This document shows, piece after piece, positions 44,076-54,428 of a stretch of DNA of 64,000 nucleotides. The first letter of the stretch is position 1; every line of letters starts with the position of its first letter. Origin of the DNA: an uncultured Clostridia bacterium (GTDB lineage Bacteria > Bacillota > Clostridia > Christensenellales > UBA3700). The notes under the pieces are model-generated. The model saw only the letters and a program-made list of their open reading frames with translations. It searched no databases and was not told the origin of the DNA. A program made the translations under genes and the position numbers. The stretch covers positions 139,361 through 203,360 of the forward strand of contig CAMXSN010000001.1 of NCBI GenBank assembly GCA_947246685.1. Reading direction: 5' to 3'.

Positions 44076-44822
44076 ATGTTTTTCGAAGACGAAGAATTTT
44101 CAGATAAAAAGTGCAACGAAACCGACGCAAATGCCTCGGAAGTTATCTCAGATTTGAGCGTCGACAACGACGAGTGGTTAATATGCAAGGGTGTATTGGA
44201 GGATTATAATAAATTTGACGGCGCAGAGGACGTTCGTGTGCCGGACGGCGTGAAAGAGGTGGGATTTTATGCTTTTTTCTTCAAAGATAATATCAAATCA
44301 ATCCATTTTCCCGATACTGTCAAAGAGTTTGCTACCGACGCAGTATGCGGTTGCTCCAATTTGCGGCAAGTCGTTATCGAAAACGATAATGCGATAATAA
44401 ATAAATGCGCTTTCAGTTGCAACGACGTGCTCAGAGAAGTCATTATCGGCGGCGAAAAACAGGAATTTATATTGTCGAGATCAGCAAAGGGCGACGTGTG
44501 TTTTGAGAAATATCTCGGCGAAGATAGTTCGTTTAACGTTCCCGAAAATGCGCGCGAAATTGCCGATTGGGCGTTTTTCGGATGCTCGGCTTTGTCAGAA
44601 GTCGTTATACCCGATACGGTAAGAGAAATAGGCGCGCGAGCCTTTGAGGGATGCTTGAATATAAGCGAATTAAAAATTCCTGCCGGTGTAGAAGATATTG
44701 ATATTAAGGCGTTTTTCGGATGGACGAGAAATCAGGTCATTCACGTGCCTAAACATCTCAAACATATAAAAATTCTTCAAAAATGGCGCAAAGGATGTCG
44801 CGCTCAGATTATGTATTATTGA
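44076..44822 (+). CDS. BspA-type leucine-rich-repeat (LRR_5) protein with no signal peptide
   Basis: Repeated units of the form IP-x-x-V-x-x-I-G-x-x-A-F-x-x-C (FFGCSALSEVVIPDTVREIGARAFEGCLNISELKIPAGVEDIDIKAFFG). Acidic N-terminus with no hydrophobic leader. Confidence 0.7.
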   Translation: MFFEDEEFSDKKCNETDANASEVISDLSVDNDEWLICKGVLEDYNKFDGAEDVRVPDGVKEVGFYAFFFKDNIKSIHFPDTVKEFATDAVCGCSNLRQVVIENDNAIINKCAFSCNDVLREVIIGGEKQEFILSRSAKGDVCFEKYLGEDSSFNVPENAREIADWAFFGCSALSEVVIPDTVREIGARAFEGCLNISELKIPAGVEDIDIKAFFGWTRNQVIHVPKHLKHIKILQKWRKGCRAQIMYY

Positions 44823-44895
44823 TAGCGGAATTTGATAATAAAACTTCAAAAAGTATATTGCGCCTGTATTGCGCATATGATTTTTTGAGGTGTAT

Positions 44896-45618
44896 ATGAA
44901 AAAAATATCTAAATTCGCAAGCGCGGCTACCAACGTAATTATTATCGCAATGCTTCTCACTTTGACTTTTGTGAGTTTTAGCGGTCAGTATTCTTCATTT
45001 GTATTCACTGCTGCAAACGACAGACCTTACTATAAAGGCAATACGGCAAGAAATGAAGTCGCTTTAATGATAAACGTCTATTGGGGGACGGAATATCTTG
45101 ACGACATACTTAAGGTCCTTGAAAATCACAAGGCAAAGTGTACTTTTTTCGTAGGCGGAAGCTGGGCAAGTAAGAATAGCGATTATCTCGGCAAAATGAT
45201 TGCAAACGGACATGAAATAGGCAATCACGGCTATTTTCACAAAGATCACGCAAAGTTGAATTATCAGCAGAACAAAGCTGAGATAACATCCAACAATACG
45301 CTTGTCAAAGGGCTTACGGGCTATACGATGACGTTGTTTGCTCCGCCTTCGGGCAGCTATAGCGACACGACGCTCAAAGTAGCGCAAGAAGTCGGCATGC
45401 AAGTGATAATGTGGAGCAGAGATACGATAGATTGGAGAGATAAGGACAGTTCTCTTGTGTATAGCAGGGCAACTAATAAAATAGGCGCGGGCGATATGAT
45501 TTTGATGCATCCGACTGCGCATACTTTGGCGGCGTTGGGAGATATATTGAGCTATTATGAAAACAACAATCTCACTCCCGTCACGGTATCTCAGATAATT
45601 AAGCAGGAAATAATCTGA
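44896..45618 (+). CDS. polysaccharide deacetylase (NodB-homology; YlxY/PdaB-like sporulation type)
   Basis: N-terminal TM helix. NodB segment ALMINVYWGTEYL...FFVGGSWA...GHEIGNHGYFH. Its position after pnp matches Bacillus ylxY. Confidence 0.75.
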   Translation: MKKISKFASAATNVIIIAMLLTLTFVSFSGQYSSFVFTAANDRPYYKGNTARNEVALMINVYWGTEYLDDILKVLENHKAKCTFFVGGSWASKNSDYLGKMIANGHEIGNHGYFHKDHAKLNYQQNKAEITSNNTLVKGLTGYTMTLFAPPSGSYSDTTLKVAQEVGMQVIMWSRDTIDWRDKDSSLVYSRATNKIGAGDMILMHPTAHTLAALGDILSYYENNNLTPVTVSQIIKQEII

Positions 45619-45755
45619 CGATTCGCTATATCGCTATGACAAAAATCGTCAAATAATTCGGGCGGAGCGCCTTAGACCAAGGTATTAATACGCTTTACTT
45701 ATGCAAATAATTGTATTATACTGTTTTTGCTTAAAGCAATATAAAGAGGAAAAAT

Positions 45756-47009
45756 ATGAACAAAATTTTCAGATTTCCCAGCGGATTGAGACTTGCGTAT
45801 AAACATTCTCCTGCGGTTCGCTCGGTGGGCATAGCCGTCATGACCGGAGTCGGCAGCGGTAACGAGACCGCTGATAACAACGGTATTTCACATTTTATCG
45901 AACATATGTATTTCAAGGGAACGAAAAACAAAAGTTCTTTTGAAATCGTCGAGTACGTCGACGGTATCGGCGCTCAGATCAATGCGTTTACCTCTAAGCA
46001 AACTACTTGTTTTTATACTCTTTCTATAGATTCTCAGGCGGAAAACTGCGCAAAAGTGTTGGGCGAGATACTCTTTGAATCAACGTTTGATAAAGACGAA
46101 ATGGAGAGAGAAAAAGGCGTGGTGCTCGAAGAGATTTCTATGTGCGAGGACGATAACTCGGATGTCGTGCTGGATTTGCTCGCAGAAGGGTATTTCGGCA
46201 AAAATCCTTTGGGCATGACCATTTTGGGAGAAAGAAAAAACGTAAAATCATTCACGAGAGAAGATTTGCTTGATTATATAGGCAATAATTATTGCGCGGA
46301 GAGTACAGTCGTATCTATCGTGGGCAATATCCCGTTTGATAAAGCTAAAGGGCTTGTTGAAAGATATTTCGAGGGAAGATTTGCATCCAACTGCGACAGA
46401 AAGTGGCAGGATTCGCCGCATAAGACGGTTCGCGGAGTTAAGAGTAAGTTCAAAGACATAGAACAATCCAATATTGCATTGGGCTTTCCCGCGTTTGAAT
46501 ATGACAGCAAATATACTATGGCTGAAATGTTGGTCAACACTATTGTCGGCGGCGGCATGAGCTCCAGGCTATTTCAAGAAGTCAGGGAAAAGAGGGGGTT
46601 GGCTTATAACGTATACACGTACAATTCTTCCTACGTCAACAACGGTTTGCTAACGCTCTATATAGGCACCAACGTCGAATCTGTAAAAAAATCCGTAGAC
46701 TGTACTTTGGATCTCATTGAGGAGCTGAGGAAAAACGGATTGACAAAAAGAGAGTTGGAGAGGGGAATAGAGCAGCTCAAAGGTTCATATGTTTTGGGGC
46801 AGGAGAGTACGGGCGTTATGATGAGAGTCAATGCGAAAAACGTGTTGTTTTCCGATAAGATATTCGATATAGACGAGAAGATAAAGGAGATTGAAAATAT
46901 CACTTTATCGCAGACTAAAGATGTCATAGACTATTCGTATGATTTGACGAAAGCAAGCATTGCATACGTCGGTAAAAAACCTGATTGCGATATAGAAAAA
47001 TTGATCTGA
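45756..47009 (+). CDS. M16-family zinc peptidase (MlpA/YmxG-like)
   Basis: Inverted zinc motif HFIEH followed by MYFKGT. 417 aa. Synteny with ylxY-mlpA. Confidence 0.8.
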   Translation: MNKIFRFPSGLRLAYKHSPAVRSVGIAVMTGVGSGNETADNNGISHFIEHMYFKGTKNKSSFEIVEYVDGIGAQINAFTSKQTTCFYTLSIDSQAENCAKVLGEILFESTFDKDEMEREKGVVLEEISMCEDDNSDVVLDLLAEGYFGKNPLGMTILGERKNVKSFTREDLLDYIGNNYCAESTVVSIVGNIPFDKAKGLVERYFEGRFASNCDRKWQDSPHKTVRGVKSKFKDIEQSNIALGFPAFEYDSKYTMAEMLVNTIVGGGMSSRLFQEVREKRGLAYNVYTYNSSYVNNGLLTLYIGTNVESVKKSVDCTLDLIEELRKNGLTKRELERGIEQLKGSYVLGQESTGVMMRVNAKNVLFSDKIFDIDEKIKEIENITLSQTKDVIDYSYDLTKASIAYVGKKPDCDIEKLI

Positions 47010-47032
47010 AATTCAATTGAATAATCAAATTA

Positions 47033-47070
47033 CAATTAAAGAGGGCGGCAGACGACGCCTTCTTTAATTG
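47033..47070. repeat. long (15-bp) hairpin with no following T-run, downstream of the M16 peptidase gene
   Basis: CAATTAAAGAGGGCG-gcagacga-CGCCTTCTTTAATTG, with one G-T pair. Confidence 0.7.
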
Positions 47071-47269
47071 CATTAATAAAGATTATAATTTGAACCATTT
47101 TATATAGAATAATTTTATATATCGACTTAATTGAGAGTAATTTTAAGAATTTTGGCATTGATATGTGTCAAAAATCGGACATATGAACTGCTTTTGATTA
47201 TTTGCGACTTGCTTAATATTTTTGCGCGCATAATATTTTTATATTTTTATTGTATTTGTTACTAATATG

Positions 47270-47278
47270 TGATATAAT
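47270..47278 (+). promoter_or_regulatory. extended -10 element upstream of ftsK
   Basis: TGATATAAT lies 32 nt upstream of the ftsK ATG. Confidence 0.4.
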
Positions 47279-47310
47279 CCATAATGAAGTATTAAGGAGA
47301 TAATCTTACG

Positions 47311-50300
47311 ATGTCAACTCGCGAAGAAAATAATCAAAAACAAAAGAGAAATGCCAGACGAGCCAACGGCGCGGTAGTAGCGATCGTATTCTTTTTCTTG
47401 GACTTGGTTTTGTTTGGCGTATTCGGCAAAGCAGGCAATGAAATTGCAGATTTTTTGATAGGAATTTTTGGCTATGCCATATACGGTTATTGCTTGGCTT
47501 CGACTTTGCTTGGCGTTTTGATGTGTTTTAATATCAAACCTAAGCAGGGAGTTAAGATAATTTTACTGTACGTTTCGATAGCCGTTTTGGTCGTAATGTT
47601 TGCTCATATTTTGGCGTCACATTCGCTTGCACTGACGGGATGGAACAATTATATAAAGCAGTCCTATATCGGCGCAAACACTGCGGGCGGCGCCGTGGCA
47701 AGTATATTCTTATATCCTTTTGCAACCAAGAACGTTTATATTCTAAGTCTTGTAGCCAACGGAATAATTGCCGTCGGATTGATTGTAATAGCAATATTGC
47801 TGCAGGTCAACGTGGATATCAATCTCGAAAGGTTTGGGGCGAAATTGGGTCGCAAAACCAAGGTTTCCAGCGGGCAGAACGCCAACGTGGGAATGTTTGA
47901 CGTAGGTTATGAAGGAGGCGGATACGTTTCGCTCAACAACCAAACTGTGGACGGGCGAGACTTGGGCGAGCGTCTCAACAGCAGAGGAAGAAAGGGAAAT
48001 CTTGATAATTACGTGCCGATAGATCGAATTAACGTGGCTTCCGAGCAGAATTTCGATTCTATGGCGAATATGGATACAAACGGCGGTATTTACGCCGAAG
48101 ATCCTCAGTTGATTCTTGACACAAACGAGATTAGAGTAGAAGCCGGAAGAAACAATGATTATATCTTTGCTGGCGAAGACGTTGCGCCGCAATACGGCGA
48201 GGTAGACGTATCGCAGGCTCAAAGAGATATATTCGGCATAGATCCCTCTTCCGCAATGAACGTCGTCAACGAGGGTATTCAAGACAGACAGATTAGCGAA
48301 TCCGTCGTATCTCCGCGCGAGCAGGAAGATATCGATATGTCCAAATATGATATTCTGTCTACCAACGAGCGTATGAGAATCATAGAGGATAATGAGAGAA
48401 AGGCGAGAGAGAGAAGGGAGAAAGAGGATAGCTTTGTTCAGCAGGAACAGCCGAAACGCTCTAACTTTGCCGAAAAGCTCAACAGTATTCTAAACAAAAG
48501 ATCTGAAGATAATAGAGATACCGTCTCAGAATCGGGTGCGACGCAGTCGTTCGATTTTGATTTCGGGACGCCTAAGAGTTCTTTTACGGAGAAAAAAGAC
48601 GTTCTTTCCGACGCTGTCGGCAATGTCGATAAATCTAATGAAGAAAAACCCGCAACGGATATTTCAGCTTCTAAAAAGCAAGACGGTATTGAAGAGAAGA
48701 AGGTTGTCGAGGATAAATCCGTGAAACAGCCTATCGAATCTATGGACGAATTTATCGCCAAGACCAATAAGGAAAAAGAACAGAAAAATGTCACCGAGAT
48801 CAAAAATTATCACGTAACGGAAAATATAAGGGTAAAACCGCAGGAAGTCAAACCCAGCGACGGATATTTCAATAAGTCTTACGATCCTAAGCCGATTACC
48901 CCTATAGCGCCGAAATCGGTGAATAACGGCTTATCGAACGCTAATTCTAAGCCTAATATTCTCAACGGCAACGCAGAAAATAAGTCTGCTCAAAATAAGA
49001 CCGTCGAAGAAAAACCTCAGGAAAAAGTCAAAAGAAGTCCTTACGTGTATCCGAGTATCGACAATCTCAAAGAATACAATACCGATTTGTCCGATTACAA
49101 CGAAGATTTTATGGACAAGGCTAAAATCATAGAGAACACCTATGCCAACTTCGGCATCGAGGTGCACGTAAAGAATATAGTCAACGGTCCTACGGTAACG
49201 CGGTTTGAATTTGAAGTTCCGCCCACTATTCCCGTAGATAAAATTCCTCAAAAGAGTAAAAACATTCTCATGGCATTGGCGGTTACTTCTTTGAGAATAG
49301 AAGCGCCTATACCCGGCAAGTCGCTTTGCGGTATAGAAATTCCTAACGCAAAGAGAAAGACGGTCGGACTCAAAGAATTTATTGCCAGCGAAGAATTCAA
49401 GACCAAAAAAGGCGGATTACAGTTTGCGCTCGGTAAAGATATCGACGGAAAATGCTATTATGCTGATCTGACCGATTTCCCCCACGGATTGATAGCCGGC
49501 GGCACGGGCAGCGGTAAGAGTGTCTGTCTCAACACTATGCTGTGCAGTCTTATCTATAAGTATTCGCCCGAACAGCTGAGAATTATTTTGGTTGATCCTA
49601 AGAGGGTAGAATTCGGCAAATATAAGGAATTGCCGCATTTGCTGACGCCGAAAATATACAATACTCCAAAAGAATCTCTTAATATTTTGAGGTGGTTGGT
49701 TGACGAAATGACCAGAAGATATACGCTTTTCGAGCAGTATTTTGTCAATAAGATTTCGACTTACAACTCACTTGACGAGGTAATTGCAGACCAACAGACG
49801 ATTCCTTATATAGTTACGATTATCGACGAGGTCGGCGATATTATGGTCAGCGAATATGCAAAAGAATTCGAAAGTCTTGTTTTGACGCTTACGCAGAAGG
49901 CGCGCGCCTGCGGTATACATTTGATTTTGGCGACGCAGAGACCGTCGGTCGACGTCATAACGGGTACGATCAAGGTCAATTTGCCTACGCGTATTGCTTT
50001 TGCGGTGACTTCGGGCGTGGACAGTAAGACAATTTTGGATTCAATAGGCGCGGAAGATTTGCTCGGTATGGGCGATATGCTTTATAAGACAACAAAGTCG
50101 AGATTTTTGGTCAGATTGCAAAATCCGTTTATCGACGATTTGGAAATCAAAAATATCATGGTCGATATCACCAAGCATAATCAGGCTTATTACGACGAAA
50201 ATATCATTCAGCAGATCATGGCAAAGGAAGAGCCGCCCAAGAAGGAAGAAACGGCCTCTGGTTCTGCCAAACCTGCCAAGGAATTTGATTTTCCGGATGA

Positions 50301-50535
50301 GCTCTGTCCTGACGTGCTGAGAAGAATAGTCAGCGCGGACAAGGTGTCGATTTCTTTCCTGCAAAGGGCGTTTACGATCGGTTTCCCGCGCGGCGGAAAG
50401 ATATTCGATTGGTTGCTTGCAAACAGTTATATAGAAAAAGTCGCCGACAACAAGTACGTTTGCAGATTATCTTCCGAGCAAGTTGAGGAAATAATCGAGG
50501 GCGCGCGCAACGGCGGAGAAAGTGAAGAAGAATAA
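47311..50535 (+). CDS. ftsK: DNA translocase FtsK/SpoIIIE family
   Basis: N-terminal 4-5 TM helices, a ~400-aa low-complexity linker, a motor domain with Walker A GGTGSGKSV and Walker B IIDE, and a C-terminal gamma winged helix (ISFLQRAFTIGFPRGGKIFDWL). Confidence 0.92.
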   Translation: MSTREENNQKQKRNARRANGAVVAIVFFFLDLVLFGVFGKAGNEIADFLIGIFGYAIYGYCLASTLLGVLMCFNIKPKQGVKIILLYVSIAVLVVMFAHILASHSLALTGWNNYIKQSYIGANTAGGAVASIFLYPFATKNVYILSLVANGIIAVGLIVIAILLQVNVDINLERFGAKLGRKTKVSSGQNANVGMFDVGYEGGGYVSLNNQTVDGRDLGERLNSRGRKGNLDNYVPIDRINVASEQNFDSMANMDTNGGIYAEDPQLILDTNEIRVEAGRNNDYIFAGEDVAPQYGEVDVSQAQRDIFGIDPSSAMNVVNEGIQDRQISESVVSPREQEDIDMSKYDILSTNERMRIIEDNERKARERREKEDSFVQQEQPKRSNFAEKLNSILNKRSEDNRDTVSESGATQSFDFDFGTPKSSFTEKKDVLSDAVGNVDKSNEEKPATDISASKKQDGIEEKKVVEDKSVKQPIESMDEFIAKTNKEKEQKNVTEIKNYHVTENIRVKPQEVKPSDGYFNKSYDPKPITPIAPKSVNNGLSNANSKPNILNGNAENKSAQNKTVEEKPQEKVKRSPYVYPSIDNLKEYNTDLSDYNEDFMDKAKIIENTYANFGIEVHVKNIVNGPTVTRFEFEVPPTIPVDKIPQKSKNILMALAVTSLRIEAPIPGKSLCGIEIPNAKRKTVGLKEFIASEEFKTKKGGLQFALGKDIDGKCYYADLTDFPHGLIAGGTGSGKSVCLNTMLCSLIYKYSPEQLRIILVDPKRVEFGKYKELPHLLTPKIYNTPKESLNILRWLVDEMTRRYTLFEQYFVNKISTYNSLDEVIADQQTIPYIVTIIDEVGDIMVSEYAKEFESLVLTLTQKARACGIHLILATQRPSVDVITGTIKVNLPTRIAFAVTSGVDSKTILDSIGAEDLLGMGDMLYKTTKSRFLVRLQNPFIDDLEIKNIMVDITKHNQAYYDENIIQQIMAKEEPPKKEETASGSAKPAKEFDFPDELCPDVLRRIVSADKVSISFLQRAFTIGFPRGGKIFDWLLANSYIEKVADNKYVCRLSSEQVEEIIEGARNGGESEEE

Positions 50536-50576
50536 TTGAGGGAAATATATTATCGAAGAGGAGAGTTTGAGAAAAG

Positions 50577-51230
50577 ATGGGAAAAAGCGCATCAATGACT
50601 TTGCCTACGAAAATCACTATCGTAAGGCTTGTTATGATACCGTTGATTATCGCTTGCTATTGTCTTCAGCCGTTGTACGAATATCTGTTTGTAGTGACAG
50701 CTTTACTGTTTATAATAGCGTCGCTTACTGATTTTATCGACGGACATATAGCTAGAAAGTACAATATGGTCAGCGATTTGGGTAAACTTCTCGATCCGAT
50801 TGCGGACAAAGTGCTTGTCGCGGCGGGACTGTTTATACTTATCGACGGAAATTATATTCCGGAAATACCTTATATCGCGTTGATTTGCTCGGTCATTATT
50901 ATTGCCAGAGAGTTTATGATCGGCGTTATAAGACAGGTTGCCGCGCTCAAAAGCGTAGCGCTGGCGGCTGATAAGTTGGGAAAGGCAAAGACTGCGACGA
51001 CGCTGTTTGGAATGACTTTTCTGTTGTGTTCGCATCATGATTTTATAGTGTTTAGAATATTCAGATACGTGGGAACGGCGCTGTTTATAGTGGCAACGGT
51101 CATCACGGTCGTGTCGGGAATCAATTATATTGTCAAAAACAGATCGTTGCTTTTCGGATCGGATTCAAATGACGGAACGGGCGGACATAGCGAGAAATCA
51201 AAGCAGGCTAACACTGAGGATAAGGAATGA
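50577..51230 (+). CDS. pgsA: CDP-diacylglycerol--glycerol-3-phosphate 3-phosphatidyltransferase
   Basis: CDP-alcohol phosphatidyltransferase motif DFIDGHIARKYNMVSDLGKLLDPIADK. Confidence 0.88.
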   Translation: MGKSASMTLPTKITIVRLVMIPLIIACYCLQPLYEYLFVVTALLFIIASLTDFIDGHIARKYNMVSDLGKLLDPIADKVLVAAGLFILIDGNYIPEIPYIALICSVIIIAREFMIGVIRQVAALKSVALAADKLGKAKTATTLFGMTFLLCSHHDFIVFRIFRYVGTALFIVATVITVVSGINYIVKNRSLLFGSDSNDGTGGHSEKSKQANTEDKE

Positions 51231-52546
51231 AGATAGGAGTAATATCGCTCGGATGCGATAAAAATAGGATTGATACGGAGAATATGCTTGCTTATCTTCA
51301 AAGCGACGGCTTTGAATTGACTGGCGATCCCGAAATTGCCGATATAATAATAATAAATACATGCGGTTTTATCGACAGCGCAAAGCAGGAAGCTATCGAC
51401 ACTATCTTGGAGATGGCGGAATATAAAAAACGCAACTGCAAATATCTTATTGTTACCGGTTGTCTTACGCAGAGATATATGCAAGAGATTGCCGATGAAT
51501 TTCCCGAAGTCGATATGTTTTTGGGGACGGCAAATTATCATTTGCTGCCGAATTACATAAAAGATATGGTCGCAGGTACGGCGCAGAGATGCTACGTCAA
51601 CGATAAGAATCAGAGAAAATTTTCTGCCAAGAGGGTGCTTACAACGCCGTATCATTACGCTTATCTTAAAATAGCCGAGGGCTGCGACAACAAATGCACG
51701 TATTGCGCCATACCCAACATCAGAGGCAAATATTCGTCAAGACCTATAGAAGACCTGGTCGAGGAAGCGAAATCGCTTATTGCCGATTATGCTATAAAAG
51801 AGTTGATTTTGGTCGCTCAGGACGTATCAAGATACGGGATAGATCTTTACGGAGAGATTAGGTTGATCGAACTTCTTGAGGAATTGTCAAAACTCGACGT
51901 CAAATGGATACGTCTGCTGTATCTCTATCCAGAGTCGGTCAACGAGCGATTGATAAAATATATTGCCCAAAACCCAAAGGTTTGCAATTATCTTGACATT
52001 CCTTGTCAACACGCCAGCAACGGCATATTAAAACTTATGAATAGGCGAGTTACCAAAGAGCAAATAGAGAATTTGCTTGCCACGGTAAGGAGGTACGGAG
52101 ATTTTACAGTGCGCTCTACGTTTATCGTTGGTTTTCCCAGAGAGACGGAAAGGGATTTTGCGGAACTTAAAGATTTTATACGTTCGGCAAAATTCGACAG
52201 ATGCGGTTTTTTTGCCTATTCCTGCGAGGACGGAACGCCGGCGTCAAGGCTCGACGGACAGTTGGAAGATCAAATCAAACTCAAACGACAAGAGGAGTTG
52301 TATTCTATCCAAGAAGAAATCATGACGCAAAAGCTCAAATCGAGATTGGGCGCTACGCTAGAGGTTATATACGAAGGGATAGATTACGATTTGCAGGTGT
52401 TTTACGGAAGAAGTCAGTACGACGCGCCGGAGATTGACACCAAGATATATTTCGTAGCGGACAAAGCTTTGGAAATAGGCGGAATATACAGAGTAAAACT
52501 TCAAGAATTGAACGGAGTAGATTATTTCGGTAAGGTAGTGGATTGA
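51227..52546 (+). CDS. rimO: ribosomal protein S12 methylthiotransferase RimO
   Basis: UPF0004 N-terminus MKIGVISLGCDKNRIDTE...INTCGF, radical SAM CDNKCTYC, C-terminal TRAM domain. 439 aa. Confidence 0.8.
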   Translation: MKIGVISLGCDKNRIDTENMLAYLQSDGFELTGDPEIADIIIINTCGFIDSAKQEAIDTILEMAEYKKRNCKYLIVTGCLTQRYMQEIADEFPEVDMFLGTANYHLLPNYIKDMVAGTAQRCYVNDKNQRKFSAKRVLTTPYHYAYLKIAEGCDNKCTYCAIPNIRGKYSSRPIEDLVEEAKSLIADYAIKELILVAQDVSRYGIDLYGEIRLIELLEELSKLDVKWIRLLYLYPESVNERLIKYIAQNPKVCNYLDIPCQHASNGILKLMNRRVTKEQIENLLATVRRYGDFTVRSTFIVGFPRETERDFAELKDFIRSAKFDRCGFFAYSCEDGTPASRLDGQLEDQIKLKRQEELYSIQEEIMTQKLKSRLGATLEVIYEGIDYDLQVFYGRSQYDAPEIDTKIYFVADKALEIGGIYRVKLQELNGVDYFGKVVD

Positions 52547-52561
52547 TTGGAGGAAAATAGT

Positions 52562-53269
52562 ATGATAGAGACTTGCAAAAATTACTGTGTGCTCAAAGCC
52601 TTCGATATCGACGGAGATATGCTAGGCAAATGCAGAGAGCTTGCGGCGGTAGACGGCGTCAGTCTGGAATGCAAACAGCAAAATCTGGATTGCAAATTGA
52701 CCTTGGTCAACAAAAGCGCAAGCGATATCGTTTTTCAAAAAATTCTCGACGGGATTTTGGAGATTCTCAAAAGCAACGTATACGCTAATTATGACACGAC
52801 ATTAGAGCAATGCGTGATAGAAAACGCTAGGAGCAAAGGCGCTAAAATTGCCGTCGCAGAATCGCTTACGGGCGGAATGATTTGTTCCAGGCTTGTCAAC
52901 GTGCCGGGAAGCAGCGCTGTGCTATACGAGGGATTCGTTACTTACGACGTTTCGTCCAAGGTGAGAAGATTGCACGTCAAATTGGCGACGATAGAGGAAT
53001 TTGGCGTGGCAAGCGAAGAAGTCGCTTATGAAATGGCGCACGGATTGCTTGAAAACAACGAAATCGATTTTGCTATCTCCACTACGGGCTGCGCAGGTCC
53101 AGGCAGCGACGAGTACGACACGCCGGTAGGGCTGTCGTATATCGGTATCGGTAGCAGAAACGGTATAGAAGTATTCGATACATTCTTCGACAAGGAGAGA
53201 AACGAGATTAGAAAATGCGTGACCAATACGGCTTTGTATTTGGCGCTAAAAAATATTAAAGAACTATAA
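52562..53269 (+). CDS. cinA: CinA-family protein lacking the N-terminal MoCF domain (CinA C-terminal/PncC-like nicotinamide-nucleotide amidase domain)
   Basis: [23 protein letters not shown]...YEGFVTY and ISTTGCAGP are hallmarks of the CinA C-terminal domain. Only ~95 aa precede it. pgsA-cinA-recA is conserved synteny. ATG 52562 follows GGAGG. Confidence 0.75.
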   Translation: MIETCKNYCVLKAFDIDGDMLGKCRELAAVDGVSLECKQQNLDCKLTLVNKSASDIVFQKILDGILEILKSNVYANYDTTLEQCVIENARSKGAKIAVAESLTGGMICSRLVNVPGSSAVLYEGFVTYDVSSKVRRLHVKLATIEEFGVASEEVAYEMAHGLLENNEIDFAISTTGCAGPGSDEYDTPVGLSYIGIGSRNGIEVFDTFFDKERNEIRKCVTNTALYLALKNIKEL

Positions 53270-53285
53270 GACGAGGTATAATTTA

Positions 53286-54305
53286 ATGGAAAAGGAAAAG
53301 AAAAAAATCGAATCGGCAGATAAAGACAGAGCAGGATTGGTTGCGGACGCGATTGCCAAGATAGAAAAGCAATACGGCAAAGGCTCTATTATCAGATTGG
53401 GCGACAAGGAGATCGAACAGATGGACGTCATCAGCACGGGCTGTCTGACTTTGGATATGGCGCTCGGAGTAGGCGGTTTGCCAAAGGGTAGAATCATTGA
53501 GATTTACGGACCGGAATCTTCGGGTAAGACGACGGTAACGTTACATACTATCGCCGCATGTCAGGCAGCGGGCGGACTTGCCGCTTTCGTTGACGCGGAG
53601 CATGCTCTAGATCCGATATACGCCGAGAAATTGGGCGTAAATATTAAAGATCTCTACGTCAGCCAACCCGACAGCGGCGAACAAGCGCTCGATATAGTTG
53701 AAACGATGGTAAGAAGCAACGCAATGGATCTTATTGTCGTTGATTCCGTTGCCGCGCTGACTCCCAAGGCGGAAATCGAGGGAGATATGGGACAGAGCGT
53801 CGTAGGATTGCAGGCAAGATTGATGTCGCAGGCGGCGAGAAAGCTCACTGCCATTATCAACAAAACAAAGACTTGCGTTATCTTTATTAACCAGCTGAGA
53901 GAAAAGGTCGGCGTTATGTTCGGTAATCCCGAGGTTACGCCTGGCGGTAAAGCGCTCAAATTCTATTCGAGTATCAGAATAGAAGTCAGAAAAGGCGACG
54001 CGATTAAGGACGGTAGCGATTTTATCGGCAACAGAACAAAATGTAAAATTGTCAAAAATAAGGTTGCGCCTCCGTTCAAAGTAGCAGAATTCGATATAAT
54101 CTTCGGGAAAGGTATCTCCAACAACGGGTGTTTGGTTGATTTGGGCGTAAGTATGGATGTGCTCAAGAAGAGCGGTTCGTGGATAAGCTATAATGACGAA
54201 AAAATCGGTCAGGGAAGAGATAAGACTATTCAGTATCTTGAAGACAATCCCGAAGTCGCATTGGAAATCAAAAACAAAATTTTGCAGAAAGCAAGCGAAG
54301 AATAA
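53286..54305 (+). CDS. recA: recombinase RecA
   Basis: Walker [20 protein letters not shown]1/L2 loop regions. 339 aa with no intein. Confidence 0.97.
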   Translation: MEKEKKKIESADKDRAGLVADAIAKIEKQYGKGSIIRLGDKEIEQMDVISTGCLTLDMALGVGGLPKGRIIEIYGPESSGKTTVTLHTIAACQAAGGLAAFVDAEHALDPIYAEKLGVNIKDLYVSQPDSGEQALDIVETMVRSNAMDLIVVDSVAALTPKAEIEGDMGQSVVGLQARLMSQAARKLTAIINKTKTCVIFINQLREKVGVMFGNPEVTPGGKALKFYSSIRIEVRKGDAIKDGSDFIGNRTKCKIVKNKVAPPFKVAEFDIIFGKGISNNGCLVDLGVSMDVLKKSGSWISYNDEKIGQGRDKTIQYLEDNPEVALEIKNKILQKASEE

Positions 54306-54310
54306 TATAA

Positions 54311-54340
54311 ACGGGGCGGAAAATACCGCCCCGTTTGCTT
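54311..54340 (+). terminator. intrinsic terminator after recA
   Basis: ACGGGGCGG-aaaata-CCGCCCCGT, then TTGCTT. Confidence 0.65.
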
Positions 54341-54428
54341 GCGATAGATGCGTTTAGAATAGCCTTTTCGCAGTTTAGTTTTTATTAAAATTTTTTTGAT
54401 TTTATAACAATTATTAAAGCGATTACTA

